Assembly: GCA_951406725.2 (NCBI GenBank) | Contig: OX597830.1 | Location: forward strand, 54,002,001-54,066,000 | DNA length: 64,000 nucleotides | Reading direction: 5' to 3' | DNA from: Octopus vulgaris | Lineage: Eukaryota | Shown: piece by piece, positions 40,171-53,260 of the stretch | Layout of the letters: each line of letters opens with the position of its first letter | Numbering within the stretch: the first letter of the stretch is position 1 | Notes under the pieces: generated by a model | Database searches by the model: none | Told to the model about the DNA's origin: nothing | What the model saw: the letters and a program-made list of their open reading frames with translations, nothing else | Program-made: the position numbers and the translations under genes

Positions 40171-41324
40171 ATGCAAATAAATTTACGGGATTTTACCACT
40201 ATCTCACAAACATGGAAGTAACGTGGAACTCTCTATTTGCTGGAGACTGCTTTAGAACATAAAATGAGTTAGTGCCCTCATTTGCACTTTGGACACCTTG
40301 GCAATTTGGTGGATAAAGTCGTAAGCTGTCTTAACCAGATTACATCGTTCGATCTTCAGGCTATGAAGTCCAAGATCTTGGTGTGGTAATGTAGGATTTT
40401 GTAATCTGGGAAGGACATGTGAGGTAATCAATCTGGGAAGGACCTATGAGGTAATCAATCAATAGTAATCTAATACTGCGTCTTTACATTCGTTGTACCA
40501 GGCCACGACTTTGTGGGACCAGAGGGTTGGGGAGAGGGTATACTGTAATAGGTAGGATCAGCCCTCAGTGAAGATTATTGATTCAAGGTACGTGAATAGG
40601 TGGGTAGATGGTGAATTTTCAAACTCACCTCGGATGGGATTTGAACTCACATCGCAGCTTTAATAGTCTCCCTTATCCCTGCGCCTACCCACCTTTTATG
40701 CAAAATAATTGTTGGGGCTGGGTGGATAACAAGTTAAACACGGGTTTCTGTCCCCCAGGAAATATACTCTAGTCACAACAACAGCATTAACATTAATAGT
40801 AACAAAAGCAAGAAAACCATTATTACGTCGTGCCAATTATATATTTTTATTATGGTTTTGGGAATTTTTTCGTTCTTGTTTTAATATTTCTATTCAAAAC
40901 CCTGTTTATTTTGCACCTTTTCTAAAAAAAATTATGTTCATTAACTCCTTATCTAATTCACTGCAATAGGGGACAATTATCCCTATTTTTGTTTTGTTCA
41001 AGCTCAAGGCAATAGAAGGATTTTACTCAACAAAACATTATAATCTGAAAATAGCGGTTAAAATCCTGCATTTTGCTGAACCCTTATTTATAATTGTTCC
41101 TGTAAACAACAAAAATAACAATAACAAACACAATAATAATAAGAAGAAGAGAAAAAAGACTGTGGATGAGGTGTATGAAGAGAATTAATTAAAAAGGAAG
41201 CTTATGGTCATGGTCGAAAAACGAAATTCGAGAAAGATAGAAAGAGATGAGAGACGAAACGAAAAGAAATAGATTTAACAAATATTTAATAAAAATCAAT
41301 AATTATGTCTGTCTGTGTGTCTGT

Positions 41325-42400
41325 ATGTTATTGTTCAGTTTTATTTCAAGATTTCTTGCCAATTGAGAAAGAGCCGGTCTCTTAGATCCAAGGTTCCTTC
41401 ATTGGAATGTCAACATCAACAAGGTGTGTGTGTATGTATGTATGTATGTATGTATGTATGTATGTATGTATGTATGTATGTATGTATGTCAGGGTCCTTG
41501 AACGTTTTCATCAGAGATGTCTCAGACACATTCTCAATGTTGGCTGGACCTCAAAAATTCCAGACACACAGATCCTGAGGACAGCTGGTATCTTGAGTAT
41601 TGAGGCGATGGTACGCAAGCACCGGTTGCGTTAGACTGGACATCTTATTAGAATGGAGGATAGAAGGATTCCTAAGCAGATGCTCTATGGAGAACTTGTG
41701 AATGGAAGGAGACTCCGGCAGAAACCAAGGCTGCGATTTAAGGACTGTGTCAAGTCCTCGTTAAAGGCCTTTGATATGCAGGACACTGACTGGGAGAACA
41801 ATGCCTGTCATCGCCACAGATGGAAGAAGCAGGTTAAGGGAGGGGATCGACACTTTTGAGAGAGCACGTATCCAGCATGAAGAACTTAAGCGAGCTGCGC
41901 GAAAGTGCACGGCTCGTATAGTGAATGGAGAAAGCTTGGTCTGCAATGTTTGCAGTCGTGTATGCTTGTCAAGAGCAGGGCTCATTAGCCACCAACGGAG
42001 CCGCAAATGCAAAATATAAGTTAGTCCTAGAGTGCACAATGTTCCTGAAGGTCGGCAATGGTCTTCCTCGGTCACGAGTGGACGGCCATCATGTATGTAT
42101 GTATGTATGTATGTATGTATGTATGTATGTATGTATGTATATGTATGTATGTATGTATGTATGTATGATTTGTATGTATGTATGTATGTATGTATGTATG
42201 TATGTATGTATGTATGTATGTATGTATGTATGTATGTATGTATGTATGTATATATGTATGTATGTGTGCAGATTTGTATGTTTTGTTTTATGTATTCTCA
42301 TGCATATACCAGCATATCTAGACACGCTCATCTATAGTTAAATGATAAACTTCTGGAAAGGTTTCTGCAGGTTTCGTAATAGTTCAGCGTAGGTATTGCT
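41325..42400 (-). mobile_element. 3' end of the (CATA)n-associated RLE LINE family, split by the RTE insertion
   Basis: 42270-42400 matches the ORF end and proximal UTR of the 9.7 kb copy (YAELLRNLQ..KFII*). 41325-41425 matches the distal UTR. Confidence 0.8.
41489..42090 (+). mobile_element. RTE-clade LINE 3' end flanked by (TATG)n
   Basis: LERFHQRCLRHIL, GHLIRMEDRRIPKQMLYGEL, and C-terminal finger CNVCSRVCLSRAGLISHQR. Confidence 0.9.
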
Positions 42401-42591
42401 GACGTCATGAACATTTTGTAAATTATCGAAAGAACGTGAAATAACTCTTCTTTGGAATAGTATATATCGGAGTATACACACAGAAATGCAAATACTGGGT
42501 AAAAACCCTTTTGGATGGAAGTCGAATGCTGCACCTTCGACTCTACACACTCACACACATACAGACATGCATGCATACATATATGCATACA

Positions 42592-42623
<32 letters not shown>

Positions 42624-43243
42624 CACACACACACATACATATATACATACATACATACATACATACACACAGACATACACACACACATACATACATATAC
42701 ACATACATACATACACACACACACATACATACATACATACATACATACATACATACATACATACATACATACATACATACATACATACATACATACATAC
42801 ATACATACATACATACATACATACATACATACAAACCAGAAAATAACAAATGAGTACTTCTTCACACTCCAGAAAATCTCGAACTCAGAGCTGTGAGCAT
42901 TTAACAAAAGCGTATCTCTCAGCGATAATTTTCCGAGATAGCGTTCTGAATATGTTATAGGTTTTACTGCGTTTAGAGAAGGTCTCTACTTCTCTGATAT
43001 AGTTTTGGCAATGTAGTGAACATTTGTAAAAAAATACATTTTCTTCGAAGTCAAAAATGCAGTAAGTATTACTCATCGTACCCCGCCTACTCTTGCGGGA
43101 AACTGGAAAAGCAGAGTTTCGGAAATAGCTGTTTGAATTACCCCGTTTTTGTCGGGGTTTCACCTGTTTTTATATTTTTGTGTTTTTTCACGCATTGTAA
43201 AATAATGACGGGAAGCCGTTTTAAAAGAATTTTTAAAATCGAT

Positions 43244-43246
<3 letters not shown>

Positions 43247-43275
<29 letters not shown>

Positions 43276-43718
43276 ATTTGGCTCAAAATCAAATAGCAAG
43301 GCCATGTAGGGGGACATGGAGTTAAGTACAGGGTGGTGTTCATGTAAAGAGTTCAGGCCACTTGAGGTCCAGGGAGGCTTTGAACAAAGCGGTCGTCGGC
43401 ATCTTCACCATCTCGTCTGGCAGCTTGTTCCACGGATCCGCAACCCGGACGGAGAAAGCTCCTCTCCTTCGATTGAGATGAAATCGTCGCAGGTAAAGCT
43501 TTTCGGAATGACCCCGCAGCCGACGCTCTGGAGCAGGAGTGAAGAACAGCTCTTTCGAGAGGTTACACTTTCCGCTTATGATGTTGTGGGCGAGAATGAG
43601 ATCACCACGGCGGCGGCGTTTTCCAAGAGAATAAAGGTCGAGCGTCCTCAGCCTTTCTTCGTAGGACAAATTTTTGAGACCATGAACCATGCGGGTAGCC
43701 AGCTTCTGGACTCTTTCG

Positions 43719-43720
<2 letters not shown>
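43247..43720 (-). mobile_element. CR1-clade LINE 3' end with (TAAC)n tail
   Basis: Uninterrupted ERVQKLATRMV...LSYEERL..LDLYSL..RRRRGDLI...RGHSEKL...FSVRVADPWNKLP. Confidence 0.9.
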
Positions 43721-43773
<53 letters not shown>

Positions 43774-44329
43774 ACACACACACACTCATCATGGCTCTGG
43801 AACAACAAAAACTACAAAAGCGATTTTTAAAACTTTTTCGTAATTTTCTGTTATTTTTATCTTATTCTACATCCTGAAACATGTAACATTAAGAGAAAAA
43901 AATCTTACCCCACTCTTTCCTCCTTAATTGTACTTTTCACAATGAAGGAAAAGTCAAACACCGCAAGTGGATGTGTGAAAAACGAAACTTGAATTTTGAA
44001 AAAGTGTATCTATAAAGCGACATTTTCAGTCATTTACTTGAATTTTCTCTGCCAAATCATCAAATTCAATTATTTGAAATAGATAGGGTTTGAGATTTAA
44101 ATTTGGTAATTTCTAAAATTTTAATTCTTGTGTATAAGGGGCGCACCGAACTTGAAGTACCCCTCCCCCTCCCCCATGGTTTAAATCCGGTCCTGCCCCG
44201 AGGTGCATATCAAAGGCATGTCAGAACCAGCAGGTATTCACACCTATAAAATCAAGGAATACACACACATACATACATACATATGCATATACATACACAC
44301 ACACACACAAATATATATATATATATATA

Positions 44330-44779
44330 AATTAGAGAAAAACCACTATTATGCAATTGAAACAATGGTAGACATAAACCAAATCATAAAAAAAAATATA
44401 ATATATTTTTTAAAGCATATAACTAGATCACTAAAAGTACAAAAAGGAATAAACAATATATAATAGGTAAAAAAATACGTACGTTTCATGGCTATAATTT
44501 AAATTCGAATTACAATTAAATTTAAATTTAATTGAAAAACAATTCAATTTAAGATTATAGTCACTCTTCAGGTTAACAATAATAACAATGATAGTTAAAT
44601 AAATAAGCAAATAGAACTAAACAATATTTCTTAAAGAAATAAAATCATGATTTTTCTTATAGAAGAAACTCTGTTAACTAAATTTGAAACTTAAAACATT
44701 AGGACCAGTTGCCTACAATATATCTATTATGCTAAATATTTAAGGTAAAAAAATAAATAGATAGGAAAATGTATTTATC

Positions 44780-44783
<4 letters not shown>
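44330..44783 (-). mobile_element. AT-rich hammerhead-bearing repeat (Penelope-terminus-like), copy 1
   Basis: Aligns in reverse with 52413-52820. Borders (TA)n. Confidence 0.75.
44473..44575 (-). ncRNA. Type I hammerhead motif, second copy of the AT-rich family (intact CTGAAGA core)
   Basis: Minus strand reads aac-CTGAAGA-gtgactataa...ttatagccat-GAAA-cgtacg-TA-ttt. First stem I pair is mismatched. Confidence 0.55.
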
Positions 44784-44812
<29 letters not shown>

Positions 44813-44906
44813 GGGGAAAATTCACAGAAAAGCAAAAGACGAAGACAGGTGGTGTGGACAAGACAACAAACAGATGTATTAGTATAACGCTCAGGAAGTG
44901 AAAAAG

Positions 44907-44944
44907 TTTTTAACGTTTCGAGCCTACGCTCTTCCACAGAAAGG
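44907..44944 (-). ncRNA. Hammerhead-like motif with A6U core
   Basis: Minus strand reads cttt-CTGTGGA-a-gagc-gtag-gctc-GAAA-cg-TT-aaaa. A more decayed homolog lies at 186-221 (+). Confidence 0.45.
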
Positions 44945-45091
44945 AACACAGATAGAAACAAGGAGAGAAAATGAAGAATGTGTAGTGGCTAGCGATCTAT
45001 CATGGCGAATACACATACATATATACATACATACATACATGTACATATATGTATATACAATCATATATATATACATACATACATACATGAG

Positions 45092-45477
45092 TACTTTTTG
45101 GTTATCTCACCCCCATTAAAAAATTCCCATTAAAAAACTGGTTTATCTCCCCACTAAAAGATCGAGTTAATGTGGTGACAAGAGATTGGATTAAGAGGGT
45201 CAGATTCTTTTGATTCAATACTTCAACACATTGTTGACGTTTGGCCTCCTCAATAGGAATGGTAGGATTTGTAATAAAAATGTCAACAGATTCAGTAAGA
45301 TGCTTAATTTTTTTTCAGTTTTCATGTTTAAATTTTGTTTTTTTAAAATTTTGTATTGAGGATTAAACAACTTTTTCAGTTGAAGGCGATAACCAAAAGT
45401 ACCGATATTTCTCGTAAAACGGGGGGGGGGGGGGAATAACCCAATTTTTTAAGAGAGGGGAGATGACTAAAAAGTAC
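45092..45477. mobile_element. MITE-like element with about 22-bp imperfect TIRs
   Basis: gtactttttggttatctcacccc and ggggagatgactaaaaagtac. Confidence 0.5.
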
Positions 45478-45776
45478 CAATGCATTCATACATACATTAA
45501 CATACATACATATATGCTGGACTCTCCCGTCGAACGACCTGCACAAATGATTTGCTTATAGTGATCAAATGTTCGTGCCGCACATCAGCTCACTTTCCCC
45601 CATCAAATCGACGTTGTCTGTACAGATGCGCTTTGTACCACGCGTCAAATGTCGAAGTGATCACAGAGCAACATGAAATGAAGTGTATTGCTCAAGAACA
45701 CAACGCACCACCCGATCTAGGAATTGAAACCACGATCTCGCCTTCGTGAGTACAACATTCTAACCACTAGGTTTCA

Positions 45777-46155
45777 CCTGTTTCAGTCATTTCACTGTGA
45801 CCATGCCGGAGCACCGCCTTGAGATTTTAGTCGAACGAATCAACTCTAGTACTTATTTTTTTAATTTCATAGTTATTCTATCGGTCTCTTTTGCCGAACA
45901 GCTAAGCTATGGGGACGTAAACAAACCAACACCGTTTGTCAAGCGGTAGCGGACAAGAAACATAGACAGACAAACACAAACACACACACACACAACGGGT
46001 TTCTTGCAGTTTCCGTCTACCAAATCTACTCACAAGGCTTTGGTCAGCCCGAGACTATAGTAGTATACACTTACCCAAGGTACCACGCAGTGGGATTGAA
46101 CCCGGAACCGTATGGTTGGGAAACAAACTTCTTACCACACAGCCACGCCTGCGCC
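45777..46155 (-). mobile_element. Full-length SINE family B
   Basis: Reverse complement of the 18925 copy. Confidence 0.85.
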
Positions 46156-46618
46156 TATGGTGCCTATTATATTCACACAAGTCAGTGAACAAATAAATAA
46201 ATAAAAAATATAGCACTCAACTCATTTAAAAGGAGCTATATATATTTGATAACAGTTTAACTCAGCTCTGCATGATTTAGAGTTTCGTGGGCGCAAAGGA
46301 CACGCCACGGAACTTTAATCATGTGAAACTGAGCCAAACTGTTGATAAAGATGTATATGTATGTATGTATGCATATATGCATGTTTCTTTTTTTAATCCT
46401 TTGAATTATTCCCCCAAACAGGGGTTGGTTTATCTAACAAAGAAACAAAGCTTCATGGCTGAAATTAAGATGACACTAACACTAAAGAGGTATATATTAA
46501 ACTTTAGAAAAGTCTTGCATACTTTAACTGTTTATTATCTGTCTATCCGTCTGTCTGTGTGTCCATCCATCTATTTTTGTGTAGGTCAGTGTTGTATTAG
46601 TTTGTAGCCCAAGGCGTA

Positions 46619-46968
46619 GGCCCTTGACATGTTTACACAAATCAGTGAAACATCTCTCCTAAACTGATGAAAATGAGGTCACAATTACACAAATCTTTGT
46701 TCAAAATTTTTAGGAATTCATTAGCTTGAGCAGGTGTAAAAGTGTATAGCGGTGTTGGTATGGCGATAAGTAAAATAGTACCTGAGGCCCCGGGATACTA
46801 TTTACAGGAATACCAACACATTTACACCTGTCGCGGCTTAAACGATACAGCCGTTGTAATTTATTAATGATATCTCAAAGGTTTCAGTAAATATTTGAGC
46901 CATTGTGACCTCGTTTCATTAGTTTAGGAGAAAGATATTTCTGTGATTGATGTAAACGTGTCAAGGGC
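46619..46968. mobile_element. MITE with long (about 110-bp) degenerate TIRs
   Basis: ggcccttgaca.gtttaca...tctcctaaact.atgaaa.gaggtcacaat present in inverted form at both ends. Confidence 0.7.
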
Positions 46969-47094
46969 CCGCATTACACGTATACTTAGTGAAATGCTCT
47001 ACCTTGGGTTCATTATACACACATACTCGCAAACACACACATTGCATGTGAAGACAATTCAGATAAAGAGCTGAAGGGAGAGTGAATGTATGTA

Positions 47095-47131
<37 letters not shown>

Positions 47132-48199
47132 ACGCAATACTTTGTTTTTGCTTTCCATTTGTTTCTCACACTCTTATACAATCAATTGCGTGCACACACA
47201 ATAAGTAGGAAAGTGTGAATGTGTGTGTGTAATTCTTTTTATGTCTTTCACTTTCTTACATCCTCTAATTCACACACACGCACAATATTTCATGCCGAAA
47301 TGCACACACACACACTCACACACATTACGTGGGTGGATGAAGACAAACAGAAAGACAGACACAGAGATCATAGATAGACTGACAGACAGACAGATAAGGT
47401 GGTGGCAGGGCTGGATCTACCACTAGGCGGCAAAATCTGGGGGGCGACAAAATCTGAGGATGTCTTGGGAGACGCTGACATAGGAGAGAAAGAGTTTAAG
47501 AAATTTATAATTATAAAGTGATAAATTTGTTGTTATAATACAAAATTCACTTATCAAATCAACAGCAATTAATTAGTAAAGTTTGATAAAGATTTCACTT
47601 ACACATACACTTCCGAAATACAATGTCCCCCCTAAGGCTTCGGCCCGCGGCGCAGCCTAGTCGTTTGAAAATTACCGCCCGGCTTAATTTGAGACCACCA
47701 GAAAACAATTGAATTTTAAAATTTAACATAATATGTGTCTATTTTTACAATCGTTGTTAAAATATTCAAAAGAATGTATAATATACTTAACAGGTGTAAT
47801 AAATTGTATAATGGCGAATTGGTTTGCTGGCGAATTGACTCTACGCCGATATGAATATGATATATACATTGGTAATGTGCTAATGTTTCGGCAAAAAATA
47901 AAGTGCAGCATAGGCAACAGTAAAATTTTTATAGCGTAGTTTTGGTACATGTACACAGCGGTTTTTTTTTTGTTTTTTGTTCGGAGAATTTTTTCTTGCG
48001 AATTAAATCACGGGAGAAGCCAAGAAATGTTTTTCCATGGGCATAATGTTTTCCCATTAAGATTTTTAACTCGTTTTTCACTTAATATTAATCATATGAT
48101 TGATAATTATTTAATAAATATTTATATTAATGTTCTGTGGACGCCCCCAGACGATGAAGTAGGCTAGCCCAATACGTAGATATAGAGGGAGAAGTCTAG

Positions 48200-49000
48200 T
48201 TTCTTTATTAGCCACGAGGGCCCAAAATAGAGGAGGACAAACAAGGACAGACAGGACACCCACCACAGAGGGGACAATACATAAAATGAATATGAATGAG
48301 ATTATTAAATAATAATGAGGTTATGAATGGCTGCATGCGCCCCTCATCACATGTAGTACTATTAATCTTTTTTTTTTATAGTCCATTTTTATCATGTACT
48401 TACAAAACAATTAATTATCGTGTTACATACCATTGCAAGTATTTGAACCGTTATATACATTCTCTACAATTGTTCTTCTAGTTTTCAATATTTTTTTAAG
48501 CATAACAAAGAAAACTTTACTCTTTCTTTTTTTTACTTTTTCTTTTTTCTTTCCTATTTTTTCCTGTCAATTTAACATACTTATTTTCTTTTTAGTAGTA
48601 CTTCATCAATGGTTCAATTTCTATTAAATCCACTACTGGTGGCAATTCTTTGAATTCCACCCTTAATCCTGGTGGGTCAATACTATCTCCACACATTTCT
48701 TCCAGTTTCTTGTAATTTTCCTTTTCGATCACTATCGCTTTCATATCCTCTGCATATATGTATAATGGTACTTTCACTCTTACTATTTGATTAAACCTAA
48801 CTATCTTCTCTGTTTCTACATTCTTTGGGTAGGTCATGTAATACCATACTCATTTCCTCCTTGTATTTTCTTTCCTTTATTTTGAACTCTTTGTTCTCTC
48901 TTTTCTTGTCGTCAGAGAACAGTTGAGTAGCAGTGAGACTTGAGTAGAGTTGAGTAGAGGTCATCCGAACGTGCGACATAATTAAATTCTTATATAATTT
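48200..49000 (-). mobile_element. Decayed LINE-like element whose 3' end matches SINE A tail 1
   Basis: Minus-strand end tgtctgtccttgtttgtcctcctctattttgggccctcgtggctaataaagaaa. Charged, ORF1-like frames at 48592-49009. Confidence 0.45.
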
Positions 49001-49100
49001 TTGTTTCAAGAAACCATTTAAATTCTATGAGTAAGGCCTGTCAAATTTGTCTGAGTAATGTACTCAGTTATATTGAACTAAGCTTAAACTGTTTTTGTAA

Positions 49101-50139
49101 TCTATATTATAAAATAGAATTGTGTGTGTGTGTGTGTGTATTCACTTTTCACGCCAAAACGGTTGCGCGAATTGCCTTCATACCTGGCATGTGTAAATGC
49201 TTTCATTCTGGAAAAATAATAGGGCATTCAGTTTTTTTTTTTTCTTAAAAATTCATAATATTGCTTTGTTTATATGATTCACTTCTTTCAAAAGGTTTTT
49301 CAATATCAACTTCCGGTATGAACGTAGCAATGGAGAATTGTTCGTTTTCATTTGCAAATTTCCTCACTTTCTCTTTGAATGTTTTCATTTCAAGTCTTAA
49401 TTCACTATTTGCAAACAACTGCGATAACTTACTGAAAGAAGTAACGCCCTTAGGAGGAGCCTTTACGGTAAAAAAATTTTTTTTATATAGTTGTAAATAT
49501 TTTCAGCGGAAAAAGAGTACGACTCAAAGGAGATTTAGTTGTTGTTTCTAGCGCATCCCAAACCACTCTCCATTTTCACGCCTGCATGTATTTATTGAAA
49601 AGCGTCAATTCATTACGGAGATGTACTTCTATAGCAAGTGACTTGATCTGAAATCATGTGCTGAAACAAAAACAATTGCAGCGTGGAAGATATTTGTAAG
49701 TCTTTTAACAACACACAAAAACCGTTAGCTTCACTTCATTTAAAGTTCGTTTGTATCAAAATATTTTCATCGCTTTGAAATCGCGACCTGTTCACTAACA
49801 AATCTTGGTCAAGGTTTATCAGTGGCAAATATCTTACACGCTGCAATTGTCATCAATACATTCGACAGTGAGAAAGGAACGATAATCATAATCTATGCCG
49901 TTTGAAAGGTATTTGTATAGAATTTCATGAAAAGCTATCCATTTTCCTGAAAATGATGAGGTGAAAAAAGTCGGATCGTGTGAATTTTCCGAAACTCCTC
50001 TCCTCACCCTCATGAAAAAATTATTTCCCCTAAATCCCTATTTACTCTGCCTCCACAGCATCTAAGCGGTATTTCGTTAAAAGGTATACATTTTTCTGAA
50101 AGCTATGAGGCAACCTCGGATGAGGTACACATCTATAGT
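49101..50139 (+). mobile_element. Possible non-autonomous Helitron with an internal inverted repeat (49672-49850)
   Basis: Starts A|TCtatattataaaa followed by (GT)n. Subterminal hairpin acctcggatgaggt. Confidence 0.4.
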
Positions 50140-50221
50140 TATGCGGCTATATCTATCTGTCTATGTATACCTATCTATTTATCTGCTTGCTTGTTTGTCT
50201 GTTTGTCTATCTATCTATCAA

Positions 50222-50630
50222 CCCAAAGAACTCTCAACACTCACCCTACAGTCTGGGAAACTAATTTTGATTCCGACGTACCTTGGTCAACGTGTGACCA
50301 AAATCTCAATCAAAAATGTTCCTCCGGAAGTAGAAACACAATGGCTGTTGTCCGTCATTTGTTACAACATGGAGGAGAACATAAGCATCCTGGAGATTGC
50401 TGTCTTAGAGAGACAAAATTGGTTGGGAAAAACGATTCAGTCGCTAATGCAAATAGATCAGGACTCAATCGATAGCATCCCACACCAAATTGTGCTGCCA
50501 GACAGTCATAACCTAAACGTGGTGGTAGAAGGTAGGAGGCCTCGCTGTTACTTGTGTGGCAGCGAAGAGCGCCTAAAAACTAATTGCCGAAGAGCGAAGG
50601 AACAACAAAAAGCACAAGAACAACAAGCGT
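50222..50630 (+). mobile_element. LINE ORF1 (gag-like) fragment with a degenerate zinc knuckle
   Basis: ISIKNVPPEV and VVVEGRRPRCYLCGSEERLKTNC (CX2CX4[H>R]X4C). Confidence 0.7.
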
Positions 50631-51142
50631 GTGTATAGATCATGGTGTACCTATGCGCGTAGTTATGTCTGGGCACATACATACATATGCGACTATGTGC
50701 GTGTGTGTGTATGCATGTGCGTGTGTGTGTGTGTACAGTGATGGATTCCAGGATTTCGCTTATTTACGAGTTGATTTCTTAATTTCACCGGAGTACAAAT
50801 ACCTATACTGGTAATATTTTAAAAAAAATTAATTCAATTCAATTAAAAAGTATGGGTAAGCAACGCATTGCAAGCCACTCTATAATTTGCGAAAAATTTT
50901 ATCTGCGTGCAGTATATGTATCACCCTTCCAATGTCTTTTTTGTTTGTTCATTACACTGCGCACGTAACCGAAAGCAGGGTATTGTCATCACTCGTCTTC
51001 GTCTGTTTGTAAAATTACTAGATAACGGCTGAACAGATTTTCACCAAATTTGGCAGAAATACTCACTGGGTGAGTGGCTCGAAATGATGAAAATTTGATT
51101 CGATTATCTTCAAACATATATAAATACGTACATAGATATGCG

Positions 51143-51197
<55 letters not shown>

Positions 51198-51535
51198 AGT
51201 GATGGATTCGAGGGTTTCGTTTATTTACGAGTTGATTTCTTAATTTCACCGGTGTGTAGATACCTATAATAATAATATTTAAAAAAATTTCTAATCGAAC
51301 CTACAAATTTATCGATAAGCAAATGGTCATATTTTTTATATCCTTCTACGACCAACAGTACGTTTGATTCCCCTGCCATCATTGAAAGACGTTGCAATCT
51401 ATGAAATATTTTCTATAACTATTTCATTTCGTTCATTTTCTTTTTCATATGAATCAACCCTCGTCTGCGTGTGTATAGAGCACGGTGTACCTATGCTCGT
51501 AGACACGTGTGGGTACATACATACATACATATGCG

Positions 51536-51611
<76 letters not shown>

Positions 51612-51715
51612 CAGTGATGGATTCAAGGGCTTCGTTTATTTACGAGTTGATTTCTTAATTTCACTTGAGTATAAATATCTACAATGGTGATACGTAAAAA
51701 AATTTTAATCGAACT
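50625..51715. repeat. Three dispersed-tandem copies of a (GT)n-containing unit, with a Helentron-like segment at about 50950-51110
   Basis: acagtgatggattc...tttacgagttgatttcttaatttcac at about 50735, 51196 and 51611. Confidence 0.8.
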
Positions 51716-52412
51716 TACTTTTCGTTTTGAAATTTTTTAGTTGTAATACACCTTTTGGAGAGATAAGTAAACTTTTTTTTATTTAAGAAATATTATTGTA
51801 CTCTATATAAGTATTGATTGTTAAATACGAATTTATAATTTTTTTATTTGTTAATAATAATTTAGATATGTACATTTATTTAATTATTATTATTTTATAA
51901 TTATTATATCTGAACATAAATTTTAAAATATCAATTAGTCACTTTGGGATCTAGATCGTATAAATGTTAATTTAACTATAAGTTTCTTATTATATTAGTC
52001 TTATTATATTTCTAGTACTATTTCATTTAATAATAATAGTAATAATAAGTATTTTATAAAGATAAGTTATACGTTTTTACTTTTGAATTTTTCAATTCTT
52101 ATTTTTTATTTCATAGATATTTTCGAAAGATACCTATAATATTTATGTAAGTAATAATGGACTCATTTATTTATTGTTTAGATATTTATTGATAGAAAAA
52201 ATATAGATTTTTAATTACTTTGTTTGTTGATAATAATTTAGATACTTATTTTTATATATTTATTATTTTATAATTATTATATGCGAACTAAAATCTAAAA
52301 ATATTAAGAGTGATTGTTTTGTAAAATAGTTTGGTAATTAAATATTAGAGTATAACTAGGTTAAAGATATTCTATAGTTTATTAATGTTTTTCATTAAGC
52401 TAAATTATATCT

Positions 52413-52820
52413 TCACAGATAAATACATTTTTCTACCTATTTACTCTATTTTTTTTACCTTAAATATTTAACATAATAAATGTATTGTAGGAAACTGATC
52501 CTAATGTTTTAAGTTTCAAATTTAGTTAATGGAGTTTCTTCTATAAGAAAAATCATTATTTTATTTTTTAAATAAATATTGTTTAACTCTACTTGCTTAT
52601 TTATTTAACTATTATTATTAACCTGAAGGGTGACTATAATTTTAAATTGAATTGATTTTCGATTAAATTTAATTGTAATTTGAATTTAAATTATAGCCAT
52701 GAAACGTACGTAGTTTTTTTTACTTATTATATATTGATTATTCATTTTTATAGTTTTTGTGATCTAGTTATATGTTTTATAAAAAATATATTTTATTTTT
52801 TATTTATGATTTGGTTTTAT
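52413..52820 (+). mobile_element. AT-rich hammerhead-bearing repeat, copy 2
   Basis: cacagataaatacatttt...cctaatgttttaagtttcaaatttagttaa...gtgatctagttatatg shared with copy 1. Confidence 0.75.
52620..52715 (+). ncRNA. Type I hammerhead motif in an AT-rich repeat (this copy has A9G)
   Basis: aac-CTGAAGG-gtgactataa...ttatagccat-GAAA-cgtacg-TA-gtt. Palindromic ACGTACGT stem III. Confidence 0.55.
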
Positions 52821-53260
52821 GAGGCTACATTCAAATTAAATGGTTCGATTAACCGCCACAGTTGCACCTACTGGGGATCTGGGAATCTGCATGTTATGGT
52901 GGGACACCAAGTTAATTTCCCAGGAGTTACAGTGTGGTGTGGCTTATCATCAAAAGGATTAATTGGATCATTCGTTTTTGACGCTACTGTGACTGGTCTC
53001 GTTTACATGAACCTGCTATAACAATCTGTCATGCCAAGCATTAGAGAAGATTTTGAAGATAAGGAGTTTTATTTTCAGCAAGATTGGGCACCCCAACACT
53101 ACCAAGTGGATTGGACGAAGGGCTTTCGTTGAATACCCTCCGCGTTCACCAGACCTCACACCACTAGATATTTTCATGGGGATATCTAAGAGACAAAGTC
53201 TACGCAATGAAACCTGCAACAGTCGCTGATTTGAGAGCAGCCATTGAACGAGAATGCGTA
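52820..53260 (+). mobile_element. Tc1/mariner-superfamily transposase fragment, same family as 8360-9527
   Basis: [52 protein letters not shown]. Confidence 0.85.

Noticed and set aside
51720-52410. Extremely AT-rich tract considered as a mitochondrial control-region insertion
   Set aside because: No tRNA, rRNA or mitochondrial ORF recognised. It has an internal duplication of about 100 bp and continues into the hammerhead repeat. BLAST would be needed to exclude it fully.
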